A DNA stretch of 64,000 bases from the human T2T-CHM13v2.0 reference genome, Homo sapiens, in contig CP068257.2 of the NCBI GenBank assembly GCA_009914755.4, positions 36,128,001 through 36,192,000 on the forward strand. Reading direction: 5' to 3'. The notes beneath the pieces were generated by a model. It was not told the DNA's origin and ran no database searches. It saw only the letters and a program-made list of their open reading frames with translations. Shown piece after piece: positions 11,868 to 23,180 of this stretch; position 1 is the first letter of the stretch; every line of letters begins with the position of its first letter. The translations under genes were made by a program, and so were the position numbers.

Positions 11868-13160
11868 AGCACCGAGTGGAGTGTCCAGCCTGGAGTGAGC
11901 ACTCCCTCACAGTGTGATGATTCCAGCCCAGAGTGAGCACTCTCTCACAGTGTGATGATTCCAGCCCGGAGTGAGCACTCCCTCACAGCGTGATGATTCC
12001 AGCCTGGAGTGAGCACTCCCTCACAGCGTGATGATTCCAGCCTGGAGTGAGCACTCCCTCACAGATTCCAGCCCGGAGTGAGCACTCCCTCACAGCATGA
12101 TGGTTCCAGCCCAAGTGAGCACTCCCTCACAGATTCCAGCCCGGAGTGAGCACTCCCTCACAGTGTGATGATTCCAGCCCAGAGTGAGCTCTCCCTCACA
12201 GCGTGATGATTCCAGCCCAGAGTGAGCACTCCCTCACAGCGTGATGATTCCAGCCTGGAGTGAGCACTCCCTCACAGCGTGATGATTCCAGCCTGGAGTG
12301 AGCACTCCCTCACAGCGTGATGATTCCAGCCTGGAGTGAGCACTCCCTCACAGCATGATGATTCCAGCCTGGAGTGAGCACTCCCTCACAGATTCCAGCC
12401 CGGAGTGAGCACTCCCTCACAGCATGATGGTTCCAGCCCAAGTGAGCACTCCCTCACAGATTCCAGCCCGGAGTGAGCACTCCCTCACAGTGTGATGATT
12501 CCAGCCCAGAGTGAGCTCTCCCTCACAGCGTGATGATTCCAGCCCAGAGTGAGCACTCCCTCACAGCGTGATGATTCCAGCCTGGAGTGAGCACTCCCTC
12601 ACAGCGTGATGATTCCAGCCTGGAGTGAGCACTCCCTCACAGCGTGATGATTCCAGCCTGGAGTGAGCACTCCCTCACAGCGTGATGATTCCAGCCTGGA
12701 GTGAGCACTCCCTCACAGCATGATGGTTCCAGCCCAAGTGAGCACTCCCTCACAGATTCCAGCCCGGAGTGAGCACTCCCTCACAGTGTGATGATTCCAG
12801 CCCGGAGTGAGCTCTCCCTCACAGTGTGATGATTCCAGCCCAGAGTGAGCACTCTCTCACAGTGTGATGATTCCAGCCCGGAGTGAGCTCTCCCTCACAG
12901 CGTGATGATTCCAGCCTGGAGTGAGCACTCCCTCACAGCGTGATGATTCCAGCCTGGAGTGAGCACTCCCTCACAGCATGATGGTTCCAGCCCAAGTGAG
13001 CACTCCCTCACAGATTCCAGCCCGGAGTGAGCACTCCCTCACAGTGTGATGATTCCAGCCCGGAGTGAGCTCTCCCTCACAGATTCCAGCCTGGAGAGAG
13101 TACTCCCTCACAGCATGATGGTTCCAGCCCGGAGTGAGCACTCCCTCACAGTGTGCTGAT
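11868..13160. repeat. Minisatellite/VNTR with higher-order structure: ~35 tandem units of 38 bp 'TGAGCACTCCCTCACAGCGTGATGATTCCAGCCTGGAG' plus a 31-bp deletion variant 'TGAGCACTCCCTCACAGATTCCAGCCCGGAG'
   Basis: Read directly from the sequence. Units are contiguous with no spacers. A marker pair of units ('...cagcatgatggttccagcccaagtgagcactccctcacagattccagcccggag') recurs at ~12094, 12421, 12717 and 12975, giving higher-order blocks of ~327, 296 and 258 bp. Confidence 0.95.
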
Positions 13161-14067
13161 CTCATTTGTTGCCAAAGCAATCATTCCCTATTACGGAGAA
13201 GAGAAAACCATTTTGACTTGCATGAGGCCACATGCCTAGTCACTGGCTGGCTCGAGCCCAGGTTCTGACTTGAAATCCAATTCCCACAAAATGCTTTCCT
13301 TAGCAAATGATTCCTAATTAATACAACAACAGAAAGGCCTCACAATGTCAAATCTTAGAATGAGATCAGGTTTCCAGCAGGTGTCCCTGCATTCACCCAC
13401 CTCCTGCGAATGGCTTCCTGGCATTAGGTTTCAGGGTGTCACTGGGTGGGTTGAGGGTGTGGGGATGGTGAGGGAGGAGACCCTGGGCCTGGTTTAGTGG
13501 AGGGGGAGAGGCTTCACCTAATTTTCAGGGGTCCAGCTCCAGTTGACTTTCCTCTTTGTGCTCCTAGGCATGAATCCTTGAGCGATTAAGACAGTGGGAG
13601 TGACGGGGCAGAGTCACCACGGAGGTGGGTGTCTGCAGATGTCTGTGAGGCTGATGGTGTGTGGGTTCTCTAGGGTCCTGTAACTTTATTATCTTTAGAC
13701 TCAAAAGGTGTTCTGGGATCATCGTATTTGCATTGGTGGGAGTGTGTGTAGAATAATAGCAGTTATTTTGGGAGAAGTTACCCTGCGCCAGGTGCTGTAA
13801 ATATCACCTCCTCCTTCCATTCTTAAGATGGGAGTATCCACAGTGGTAAGCTGGTAAACCAAGTGTCCAGAAAAATTAATCCCTCATTTGTAGTGTTTGC
13901 TGATTGCCATGATGTGAATTGCTTTTACCACTGCGGATTTCAAGATTATCGACCATTCACAGGATTCCTGAATATCTACCCGTCAACTCTTATGAGCCAG
14001 AGGAACTGGCTCTAGTACAAATAAGCCAAGTAAGGGATTGTACAGACATAGGAGTAAGCAATAGAGA

Positions 14068-14356
14068 TTTTTTTTTTGAGACAGGGTCTGGCTATGTTGC
14101 CCAGGCTGCAGTGCAGTGGTGCCGTGATAGCTCACTGCAACCTTGACCCTCTTGGGATTAAGTGATCCTCCTGCCTCAGCCTCCCAGGACCACAGGTACA
14201 TGCCACCATGCCTGCCTACTTTTTTGTTTTTTTGTAGAGATGAGAGCTTGCTGTGTTTCCCAGGCTGGTCTTGAACTCCTGAGCTCCAGTGATCCTCCTG
14301 CCTTGGCCTCCCAAAGTGCTGGGATTACAGGTGTGCGCCACCGTGCCTTCCCGGCC
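14068..14356 (-). mobile_element. Alu SINE, antisense
   Basis: Poly-T followed by 'gagacagggtctggctatgttgcccaggctgcagtgcagtggtgc...cctcccaaagtgctgggattacaggtgtgcgccaccgtgccttcccggcc'. Approximate TSD 'tagagatttt' / 'tagatatttt'. It is inserted into a MIR relic. Confidence 0.9.
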
Positions 14357-14357
14357 T

Positions 14358-14445
14358 TAGATATTTTACAGGCGAGGAAACTGAGGTTTAGAGATCACAT
14401 GGCTCAGCCCTGCTCACATGGGTTGCAAGAGTTGCCCTCAGTCTG
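14358..14445 (-). mobile_element. MIR core fragment (target of the Alu insertion)
   Basis: 'gatattttacaggcgaggaaactgaggtttagagatcacatggctcagcc' is the antisense MIR core 'ccattttacagatgaggaaactgaggcacagagagg'. Confidence 0.35.
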
Positions 14446-15709
14446 ACCCCCAAGGCCATTGCTTTTAAGTCCTCCTCTTGACAGCCTCCTGGCCCCTATC
14501 TGAGGCTCAGCTGAGTGGTGACTGTTCCATGTTTGAGGCTGGGGAGGAGATCAGCTCGCAGTTCAGCTTCCTGTCCCCCAGGTGGCAGGGGCGGTCCTGG
14601 CTGGGAAGGCTAATTTGTCCGGGCTGCATCTCTGTCCTACTCTCGCCAGCTCTGCCACAGGACCTCTGTCTTTCCCTTGCGCTTTGAGGTTTCTCTGGGT
14701 GCCTCACCCTCCTCTTCTTGTTCCCAGACACACCACTGTGAAATGAATGGCGGGACTGCACTGAACGGCAGAATGTTTGAGGGCTTGGTCATACAGCTGG
14801 AGGGAAGAGTGAGACCAGGAAGAGCTGAAACGCGGCCTCTCCATCCCTGTTACAGCAGCACCTTTCTCACTGGGCTGCAGGCACCCTGACCGCAAAGGTG
14901 TTCTCACAACCCCGCAGGGTCTTGCTCCTCCCTGTGCCGCCAAGCTTGCCACTCCATCTGCCTGGCACGCTCATCCCCGCCATCCCCATCACTGGCTTCC
15001 CATTGTCCCCTGGGTCTTGTCCTTGAGGAAGCCTCACAAGTCATCCTGTCTAAGTAGCACTGTTGGTCTTCTCCATAGAACCTTCTCTTCCTTTCCTGGC
15101 ATCTATATCATCCTGGAACCATTTTATCTGCGTGTTCACCTGTCCAACCACACTGCGATGGTTTTAAAATATGTTCTTAATTCTTAGACACTCCTTCCTT
15201 CCAAAGGCAGAGTGTCATTCCTCTCCTTTTGAGTGTGGGCTGGACTTAGTGATCCCGTTCTGCAGATGAGAACATGGCAGAAGAGGTGCTGTTAGGACTT
15301 CTGGGCTGGGTCACGAAAGGACAGCTGCTGGCTGGCCTGCTGTCTTTTGGACTGCTCTCCCCAGGGGCAGCCAGATGCTACATCGTGATGACACTCAAGC
15401 AGTCCTACCCAGAGGCCCATGTCAGAAGGAACGAATGCCTCTCACCCACAGGCAGCACCAACTCGCCAGCCACGGCTACGAGCTGCTTTAGAAGTTGACT
15501 CAGCCCAGTCGAGCCTTCAGATAACTGCAGACCCAGCCAACATCAGATGGAACCTACAAGAGAATAAGTCCTGGTCCCGACCTGCCCAGCCAAGCTGGTC
15601 CTGAATTCCTGACCCACAGAAGCTGCAAGAATAATGTCTCCTGCTACTTTAAGCCACTATGTTTTGGCATATTAGGTAGCAATGGAGGATTAATATAAAT
15701 GTTGAAATG

Positions 15710-15850
15710 CTATGATTCCTCATTTCATGGACAAGGAAACTGAGCCACAGAGAATTTACACGGCTCACCTAAGGCCACACAGAGTCAGAATTTGGACAGA
15801 GGCAGTCTGATTCCAGAGTCCACACCCCTGAGCCCTGTACTACAACCTCC
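15710..15850 (-). mobile_element. MIR SINE
   Basis: 'cctcatttcatggacaaggaaactgagccacagagaatttacacggctcacctaaggccacacagagtcagaatttggacagaggcagtctgattccagagtcc' matches the antisense MIR core and left half. Confidence 0.45.
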
Positions 15851-16521
15851 CTCCAAACAAGGCACCATCTCAAACAGTGTCATTTTTCCTGTGAAGCCCT
15901 GATTAGGTGGTGGGCAGGCACAGGATCTTTCCCTCCCCAGACAGATGTAAGTCCAACAGCGTGAGGCTTCTGACAGCTTGGTGCTCCACACAGGGCAGGG
16001 GTGCAGAGTCCTGCCTGACCACCAGCCATCCAGCTGTCACGAGCCAGTACCCTTGCTCCTGGGTCTGACTGGAACTTCAGGCGAGTGTCTCATGCTTAAG
16101 AACCTGCCTTTTTCCTTTTATCCCTATGTTTTGGGATGCAAGAAAATGCCTCTCAGATGTGGTGTGGTCTCCTGGCACCTCACCTAGGATGGGAGGCCTG
16201 GGATAGAGAAAGGCTCAGGTTCCTCCTGTCTCACCTGGGCTGGGAATGAAGGACTGTTCTCCCTTCTCTTCAACATACATTCTGGAGGCGGGGTGGGGAA
16301 CTGTCTTAGGCCTGGGTCAAGAGGGGAGGGCCAGACGGTCTTGGGCTGAGTGTGCTGAGCTCAGAGAGGCACATGTGGATGAGACAAAGCCAGGCAGGTC
16401 AGGGAAGAGCCAGAAGAAAGATGCACTTTGTGGGTCCTAGGCATCTGGGTTCCAGGCTAGGGAAACTGGGCAGGGAAGCCTTGCCAGGGGACGCCCCTTA
16501 GAGTAAGGGCCAATGGTGGTG

Positions 16522-17280
16522 TTGCGTGTGTGTGTGCTATGTGCTGTATGTGGTGTACGTGTGGTATGTGTGGTGTGTGTGCTGTATGTGTGTTGTGTGT
16601 GCATGTGTGTGCGATGTGTGTGTATGTATTGTGTGTGTGTGTGCATGTCTGTGTGTGTGGTGTGTGCCATATGTGGTATATGTGTGTTGTGTGTGGTAGT
16701 GTAATGTGTGTAGAGTGGTGTCTGTGTATGTGCTGTGTGTCTTGTGTGTATGTAGTGTGTGTATATTTGTGTGTTGTATGTAGTGTGTGTGTATATTTGT
16801 GTGTGTTGTATGTAGTGTGTGTGTATATTTGTGTATGTGGTGTGTGTGTTGTGTTGTGTGTGTATATTTGTGTGTGTTGTGTGTATGTAGTTTGTGTGTA
16901 TATTTGCGTGTGTGTTGTGTGTATGTAGTGCATGTGTATATTTGTGTGTGTGGTGTGTGTCGTGTGTGTGGTATGTGTGTATGTGTTGTGTGTATGTAGT
17001 GTGTGTGTATATTTGTGTGTGTTGTGTGTATGTAGTATTTGTGTATGTGTTGTGTGTTGTGTTGTGTGTGTATATTTGTGTGTTGTATGTAGTTTGTGTG
17101 TATATTTGCGTGTGTGTTGTATGTAGTGCATGTGTATATTTGTGTGTGTGGTGTGTGTCGTGTGTGTGGTATGTGTGTATGTGTTGTGTGTATGTAGTGT
17201 GTGTGTGGTATGTGTGCATATGTTGTGTATAGTGTTGTGTGTCGTGTGGTGTCTCTGTGCGTGTCTGTGTGCGGTGCATG
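16522..17280. repeat. Compound GT/TG-rich imperfect microsatellite with internal ~30-bp units ('tgtatgtagtgtgtgtgtatatttgtgtgtgt') and ~200-bp higher-order repeats
   Basis: Read directly from the sequence. The block ~16888-17035 recurs nearly verbatim at ~17087-17200. The long stop-free reading frames that result (Cys/Val-rich on plus, His/Thr/Tyr-rich on minus) explain the 250-293 aa ORFs in the track. Confidence 0.95.
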
Positions 17281-19117
17281 TTCATGCACTCACTTTTGCA
17301 CCTGCAACCCATGCTCACTGTGCTACACTTTCCACACCTTTTGCCCCAGACCCTGATAAGGTCCAGGGAGGAGGGTGGTGAGGAATGCCTGCAACGATTT
17401 AATTAGGAATAAAGAGGAGTTGCTGATCTGGTTTAGGGCGGGCCAGGAGTCTTTTAGCTCCAGAAGGACAGGGGTGTCTGTCAGCTGTTTGCTGCTCATA
17501 AATTCCCCAGTGTGTGTGCAGGATTGCACCTATCCTCTGAGCTACCTGATGCTGGGGTCTTGACCAGATAAGAACACCAAATATCCTCTTCCTTTCTCAT
17601 TAGTAGACAGGCCAGGCCCATCTGAACCCACTCCTCTGGCTCCCTGAGGAGTGTTTGGGTGTCCCCGCACTTAGCATCCAGCACAGATGGCTCCTTCCAA
17701 AGCCACACTCCAGTGGCTTCTTTGGGGTGGATGTAGACGCTCAGCCCATGGAGAGCAGCTCATCTAAGTTACAGCCCTTTAGAGTAAGGGATGTGGATGA
17801 ACAGGTGAGAGGCTTCCTGCTCGTCATTAGAAATTTTTAAAAACCACGTGGTCCACAGGTCTTGAGGCCAAGGCTGATGGGCTGGCTGGGCAGGAGCCAC
17901 AGGAAGAAATCCACAGGTGCTGGCCATGTGGAACTGCCTGCCAAGTTTGCTGGAAGCAGAGCCCGTTTCTTTTTTCGGCAGCCTGAATAAGAGGCAATGG
18001 GGACCCTGTTGAGGTCAACTCTTGTATGTTACCAACGCCCACAGCTGTGTGCCTCCTCTGAGGACATTCGAGTGGGCTCACCACGATGACATGGGCCTTC
18101 TGCTGGGGAGGCTGGGCCATTCGGTGACCTGTGGCGCTGCGCTGTGTGATGATTGCTGATCAGCTGTGGCTCCCAGGCCAGCTTACACATGACGATCCCC
18201 TGGGGAGGTTTTAAAGATTCCAGTGCCTGAGCCCCACTCCAAGCCAATGAAATCCCAGCCTCTGGAAGTAGGGCCTGGCATGGGCCTGTCTGCAACACGC
18301 CCCAGCTGTTCCTAATGGGCAGCCCGGGGGTAAGAATCAGCGACTGAGAATAACGATGTTCCAATCTTGATTCAGCCGGGGAAATCTTTCTTCACACAGA
18401 TGCTACTGGAGTGAACACAAGCAGATGAAAACAGGGCTGTCTAAATGACACGCAGCCACCAGTGACTGCCCGGGCTCCCGAGAAATCCAGATTCATCAGG
18501 ACCCACTGATTTGGGCATCTGATGATGGCATGTGAGGAGGAATTTTCCAAAGTTTCTGGGAGAGTACAAGGCAAGTCACCACCCGCTCCCAGCTGTGTGC
18601 CTTTCCTGGGGCCAGACCCTGCAGCAGCTCCCACCTTGTCCCACGCTGGATGGCAGCCTGCTTGTAGGGGGGGCCTGCAGACACCTTCTCACCCCACCCA
18701 GGACTTGAAGGCAAGGGTGGAATTTTTGGTGGATGCGATGATCTGTCTTCTCGTGGTAAGGAGGTGATTCCCTGAACAGCTGGGACAACACCATCACCTC
18801 GTCTTCCTTTCTCCTCTCTTACTTCCTGCTCCTGATCCTAGAGGAGCCACAGAGCTCGGCCCTTCCCCACCCCCGCCTTGATGTGGCTTGGGCAAGCTAA
18901 GGGCAGGTGGCTCTGTGTGTCATGAAGTCCTGTAGGGCCTGCTCCTGAGACTTTCCTGCCCACTGAGTGGGATTACTGAGTGACAGCTGGCCCTCTCAGT
19001 GACTGTGTGCCTCACCCTGTGCTTCTGGTATCTGGACAATGCCCTTCCCAAACAGGAAGTGTTTGAGCCATGTGTTCTAGATACATGGCTGTTTTTCTCT
19101 TGTTTAAAAACCTTTGT

Positions 19118-19227
19118 GTGTGATGTTCCCCACCCTGTGTGCAAGTGTTCTCATTGTTCAATTCCCACCTATGAGTGAGAACATGCTGTGTTTGGTTTTC
19201 TGTCCTTGCGATAGTTTGCTCAGAATG
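19118..19227 (-). mobile_element. L1 insertion, inverted 5' segment (twin-priming inversion)
   Basis: 'gtgtgatgttccccaccctgtgtgcaagtgttctcattgttcaattcccacctatgagtgagaacatgctgtgtttggttttctgtccttgcgatagtttgctcagaatg' is the reverse complement of L1 '...cattctcagcaaactatcgcaaggacaaaaaaccaaacaccgcatgttctcactcataggtgggaattgaacaatgagaacac...'. In L1 coordinates this lies immediately upstream of the sense segment. Confidence 0.8.
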
Positions 19228-19385
19228 TGGGGGGAGGGGGAAGGGATAGCATTAGGAGATAAACCTAATGTAAATGACAAGTTAATGGGTGCAGCACACC
19301 AACATGGAACATGTATGTTCATATGTAACAAACCTGCATGTTGTGCACATGTACCCTAGAACTTAAAGTATAATAAAATAAAACA
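19228..19385 (+). mobile_element. L1 insertion, sense 3'UTR segment with A-rich tail
   Basis: 'tggggggagggggaagggatagcattaggagataaacctaatgtaaatgacaagttaatgggtgcagcacaccaacatggaacatgtat...aacttaaagtataataaaataaaacaaaaa'. The 12-bp TSD 'aaaaacctttgt' lies at 19106-19117 and 19386-19397. Confidence 0.85.
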
Positions 19386-19806
19386 AAAACCTTTGTTTTA
19401 CCCCTGACTCATCTCACATATCTACATACTCAAAGGCCATGTTTGTCTAGGAGTAGAACCAAGTCCCTGATTTGACAAAGTGAATTATTATAACACATTT
19501 GTGTTTAACATGCAGGTGAGTCATAGATGAAATACCACCTATGGAAACTGACAGTCGCTGCTATGCCTTTCTTGGACTATGGTGAGTGAGATTGAGGGTC
19601 TGGTAATGCAAGAGGTACCTAGTCATGGAAATGAATGGAGAAGCAGCTGGTTTGAAGGGACTTTCTCCTTCCAAAGTAATAAGCTGAGAAAACGGAAAGG
19701 TGTGAGCCATCAGCAGAGTATTTAGGAAGCATGACAGATGGAGGGGACAAAGTAAGAGAGAGACTTCAGCTTGGGATGATTGGAAGAAAAATTTGAAGAT
19801 ATTTAC

Positions 19807-20100
<294 letters not shown>

Positions 20101-20781
20101 AGAAATTTACTTTTTGATGGTGCTTTCCAAAATGAGTTTCCAGGCAGTCTGCAGTCAGTTGTATTTTTAAGGTTGAATGGGTGTTTGGTCATCCCGTGAT
20201 CTTACAGTGCTTTGAAAGTGCTTTCAGAAACTGCTGCAACTGAGGGGAGAATTGAGGGTGGTTGATGGGGGAGATGCAAGTCAGGCAAACCAGCCAGAAG
20301 CCTTGCTCTAAGATGCAGGCCAAGAGGCACCGCAAATATTTCACTTCCAAGCCAAACCTTCCTTCTCAGGGGGTGAAGCAGTGTTGTGCTGGAATCAGCT
20401 GTACTGGCCTATGAGAGCCAATTGTTAAATTTTCAGGAATTTTATAAGCTGGTTGTTAAATAAGGCTATTTTCAAAATTAAATTATATAAACTTAATACT
20501 TAATTATATTAAAAGCAAAGGAAATTAATACTCAAAGCTTATAATCTTTCTACTTATTTTGTCATATTTTACTGTGTCAATGTTCTTGGGGTTGTTTCCG
20601 TCTGTTGTGTCTGCATGGTGGAAACACTTCATATGACATGCCACTGCACATCTCTTTTAAATTTTGTGTTCATGACATCGCTTTGATAGCTGGAAATTGG
20701 CCATGGTGGGATATGGATACCAGGGAGACTGTAAAACAAAACCAGTTTGGCTTGTTTTATTGTTCTGTCGATGATCAAGAT

Positions 20782-21013
20782 CAGTGGTTCTGAACTGGGA
20801 GGATTTTTCCTCCAGGGACATTTGGCAGTATCTGGAGGCGCCTTTGACAGTCACAGATGGAGAGGGTAGGGGTGCTCCTGGCATCTAGAGGGTGGAGGCC
20901 AGGGAGGCTGTTAAACATCCTACAATGCATATGGCAGCCCCCTTTGCCTCCCAGCCCCAGACACGGAATTCTCTGGTCCAAAATGTCAATATTGCTGAAG
21001 TTGAGAAATCCTG
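20782..21013. mobile_element. Non-autonomous DNA transposon (hAT-like MITE), ~230 bp, with imperfect terminal inverted repeats
   Basis: Termini 'cagtggttctgaact...' and '...agttgagaaatcctg' (reverse complement 'caggatttctcaact'). Internal 'ccagggacatttggcag.atctggag...ggtgctcctggcatctagagggtggaggccagggaggctgttaaacatcctacaatgcatatggcagccc' matches a common mammalian MITE family. The flanking 8-mers 'atcaagat' and 'gtcgagat' are a candidate 8-bp TSD with mismatches. Confidence 0.45.
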
Positions 21014-22128
21014 GTCGAGATTTAAGGAAGTGATGGGAAATTAACTTAAAATAACTTAAGACTGTGTCAAGTTCATACCTGTTACATTGTGCATACTACA
21101 AAAAAACCCCTGAAGCCTTCTTTCAGTGTTTGAAAGCTATTATATGATTCATTAAAGAAGTTGTTCAAGTCAATGAATGAGTCAAGTTCTAACACACTTC
21201 TTCATCTTCTTTGTTTCACTAAATGAAGATGTCAATCACTACTTGCATGGCAACTATCCTCATTTAATTGTAGAATCAACAAAAGCATTCTGTAAGAATC
21301 AATTGGCTATGTAAAATTTATAATAAAATTATTATGCATATTTTGCATTGCATATATACAAATATGCATATTATGTATTTTGCATATTTGTAAGTTGAGT
21401 GCTGTACATCCTTCTTATCAGTAAAATGTGTGTGTGCATAATTTTTCCTGAAGAGCCTGTTGATAAACATTTACCAGCACGCCACTAGTTAGAAGCTACA
21501 GAGTTATCAGATTTTAAATGTAACACCCTCATTCTGCATCCCACACAACATGTTCATGAATTTTGTATCTGGAGAAAGCTCAGTACTGTATGGTTCGGGA
21601 AACTGTTTTTTGGGAAGAACTGGGGTAACTAAGAATGGCGGCTCTGTATGTGGGTGGAGTAGGATGCCTGTCCTGTCATGTGATTTGGGCATGCCGAAAG
21701 GCTGCCACTCCCTAAATATCCACTCCAGAGTCCTGTCTCCAGGGTTTGACATGAACCCCTTTGGAGACAGGTGGGTTGTCACTAGGCTAAAAAGGAATGG
21801 GTGCAGGGACAGAAGGGATGGGGGTGGGTAACACGGTAACTGCCTAGAGTTTTGGCAGGATTTTGATCATGCATTTAATCTGTTAGATCCCATTGTAGCC
21901 CATCTACAGCTGAAGTCAGAAAAAAATAACCAACGGGCCTGGTAAATTTGGATAGCAGGAATGAAATGGAAATCCCCCGAGGGTTCTAAGTCAGTATGGG
22001 ACACTCTGATGGGACCCCGGGCAGTGGAAGCACATGGTGGTGATTGGCTAAGGGTTCCAAAGGAAGGGAATGGATGGACTTTACTGGCTTTGCAGTTGCA
22101 CCAAAGGAAACGATCACTGAATCTAGAC

Positions 22129-22474
22129 CAGGGGTCCCCAAACCGTGGGCCATGAACCAGTGCTGGTCTGTGGCCTGTTAGGAACTGGGCCACACAGCAG
22201 GAGGTGAGTGGTGGATGAACGAGCATTACTCCCTGAGCTCCACCTCCTGTCAGATCAGTGGAGGCATTAGATTCTTACAGAAGCACGAACCCTACTGTGA
22301 ACTGCACCTGCGAGAGATCTAGGTTTTGAGCTCCTTATGAAAATCAAATGCCTGATGATCTGAGAAACAGTTTCATTCCCAAACCACCCTCTTCTACCCC
22401 CACATCCCCTGATCTGTGGAAAAATTGTCTTCCACAAAACTGGTCCCTTGTGCCAAAACGCTTGGGGACTGCTG
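22129..22474. mobile_element. Palindromic hAT-type MITE
   Basis: Termini 'caggggtccccaaacc...' and '...cttggggactgctg' are inverted repeats of each other (CAGsrGTCCCCAA). A perfect 8-bp TSD 'atctagac' flanks it (22121-22128 and 22475-22482) and fits the hAT nTnnnnAn pattern. The internal sequence is self-complementary and typical of the common human palindromic MITE family. Confidence 0.6.
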
Positions 22475-23013
22475 ATCTAGACTAATGAGATGCAACTCTT
22501 AAGAAGCCCACTTGGATATTCCAAGGGTCTCCCCATCCTCAACACACCGCATTAGTGTTGGGCACACTGTACATGGGATTGGAATTGTTCTGTGTCCCAT
22601 TATCTGACAGCTTCAAGGATTGGCGAGCACACATCTTTGTCTAGGTGAGAAAGATGGGAGACAGAGGGCGTCCAGCTGCCTCGTCCTCACCTCAGGGAAA
22701 TCTTAAGCATGTCGTCATTTGTGTTCACAGTTTGGCGTTCGAATCTATGATTAAGAACTTAGGATGGGTAGAAGGGTCAAAAGGACAGTAGAATTGTGGT
22801 ACGTAGGATCTGCAAGGGACCTTAGAACACTCTAGTTCAAATCTCATCCTTCACAGAGCAGGAAGCAACCGGAGCAGTTAAGTGACCTCTTCCAGGGAAC
22901 CAGGGAAGAGGCTGGGCCACACTTGGGAGTTGCCACTGCCAACCCTGAACTCTCACCACTCCCCAGCCCCAGTGAGAGTGACAGGGAGAGGCAGGAAAGT
23001 GAGAAACCCAGCA

Positions 23014-23180
23014 GTCCAAAATGTCAATACTGCGGAAGCTGAGAAATTCTGATCTAGATCTAAGAAAGTGATGGGGAATTAATTTAAAATGATTTAAGAC
23101 TGTGTCATGTCCATACTGGTTATATTGTGAATACTACAAAATACTGAAGAAATATTCTTTCAGTATTTGAAACTACTATG
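23014..23180. repeat. Diverged direct-repeat copy (~85% identity) of 20977-21143: last ~36 bp of the MITE at 20782-21013 plus ~130 bp of its flank
   Basis: 'gtccaaaatgtcaatactgcggaagctgagaaattctgatctagatctaagaaagtgatggggaattaatttaaaatgatttaagactgtgtcatgtccatactggttatattgtgaatactacaaaa...ttctttcagtatttgaaactactat' aligns with 'gtccaaaatgtcaatattgctgaagttgagaaatcctggtcgagatttaaggaagtgatgggaaattaacttaaaataacttaagactgtgtcaagttcatacctgttacattgtgcatactacaaaa...ttctttcagtgtttgaaagctattat'. Confidence 0.45.

Noticed and set aside
11868-13160. Possible CRISPR array (38-bp direct repeats)
   Set aside because: Repeat units are directly contiguous with no unique spacers. The sequence context is primate nuclear DNA full of Alu and L1. 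This is a minisatellite, not a CRISPR locus. The ORF at 12971-13180 inside it is a repeat artefact.
16437-17318. Very long ORFs (293, 250 and 224 aa on minus; 132 and 112 aa on plus) encoding His/Thr/Tyr-rich or Cys/Val-rich low-complexity proteins
   Set aside because: They lie entirely within the GT/AC-rich compound repeat at 16522-17280. The composition simply removes stop codons. The peptides are periodic translations of the repeat unit. Multiple overlapping frames are open at once, which is a hallmark of an artefact.
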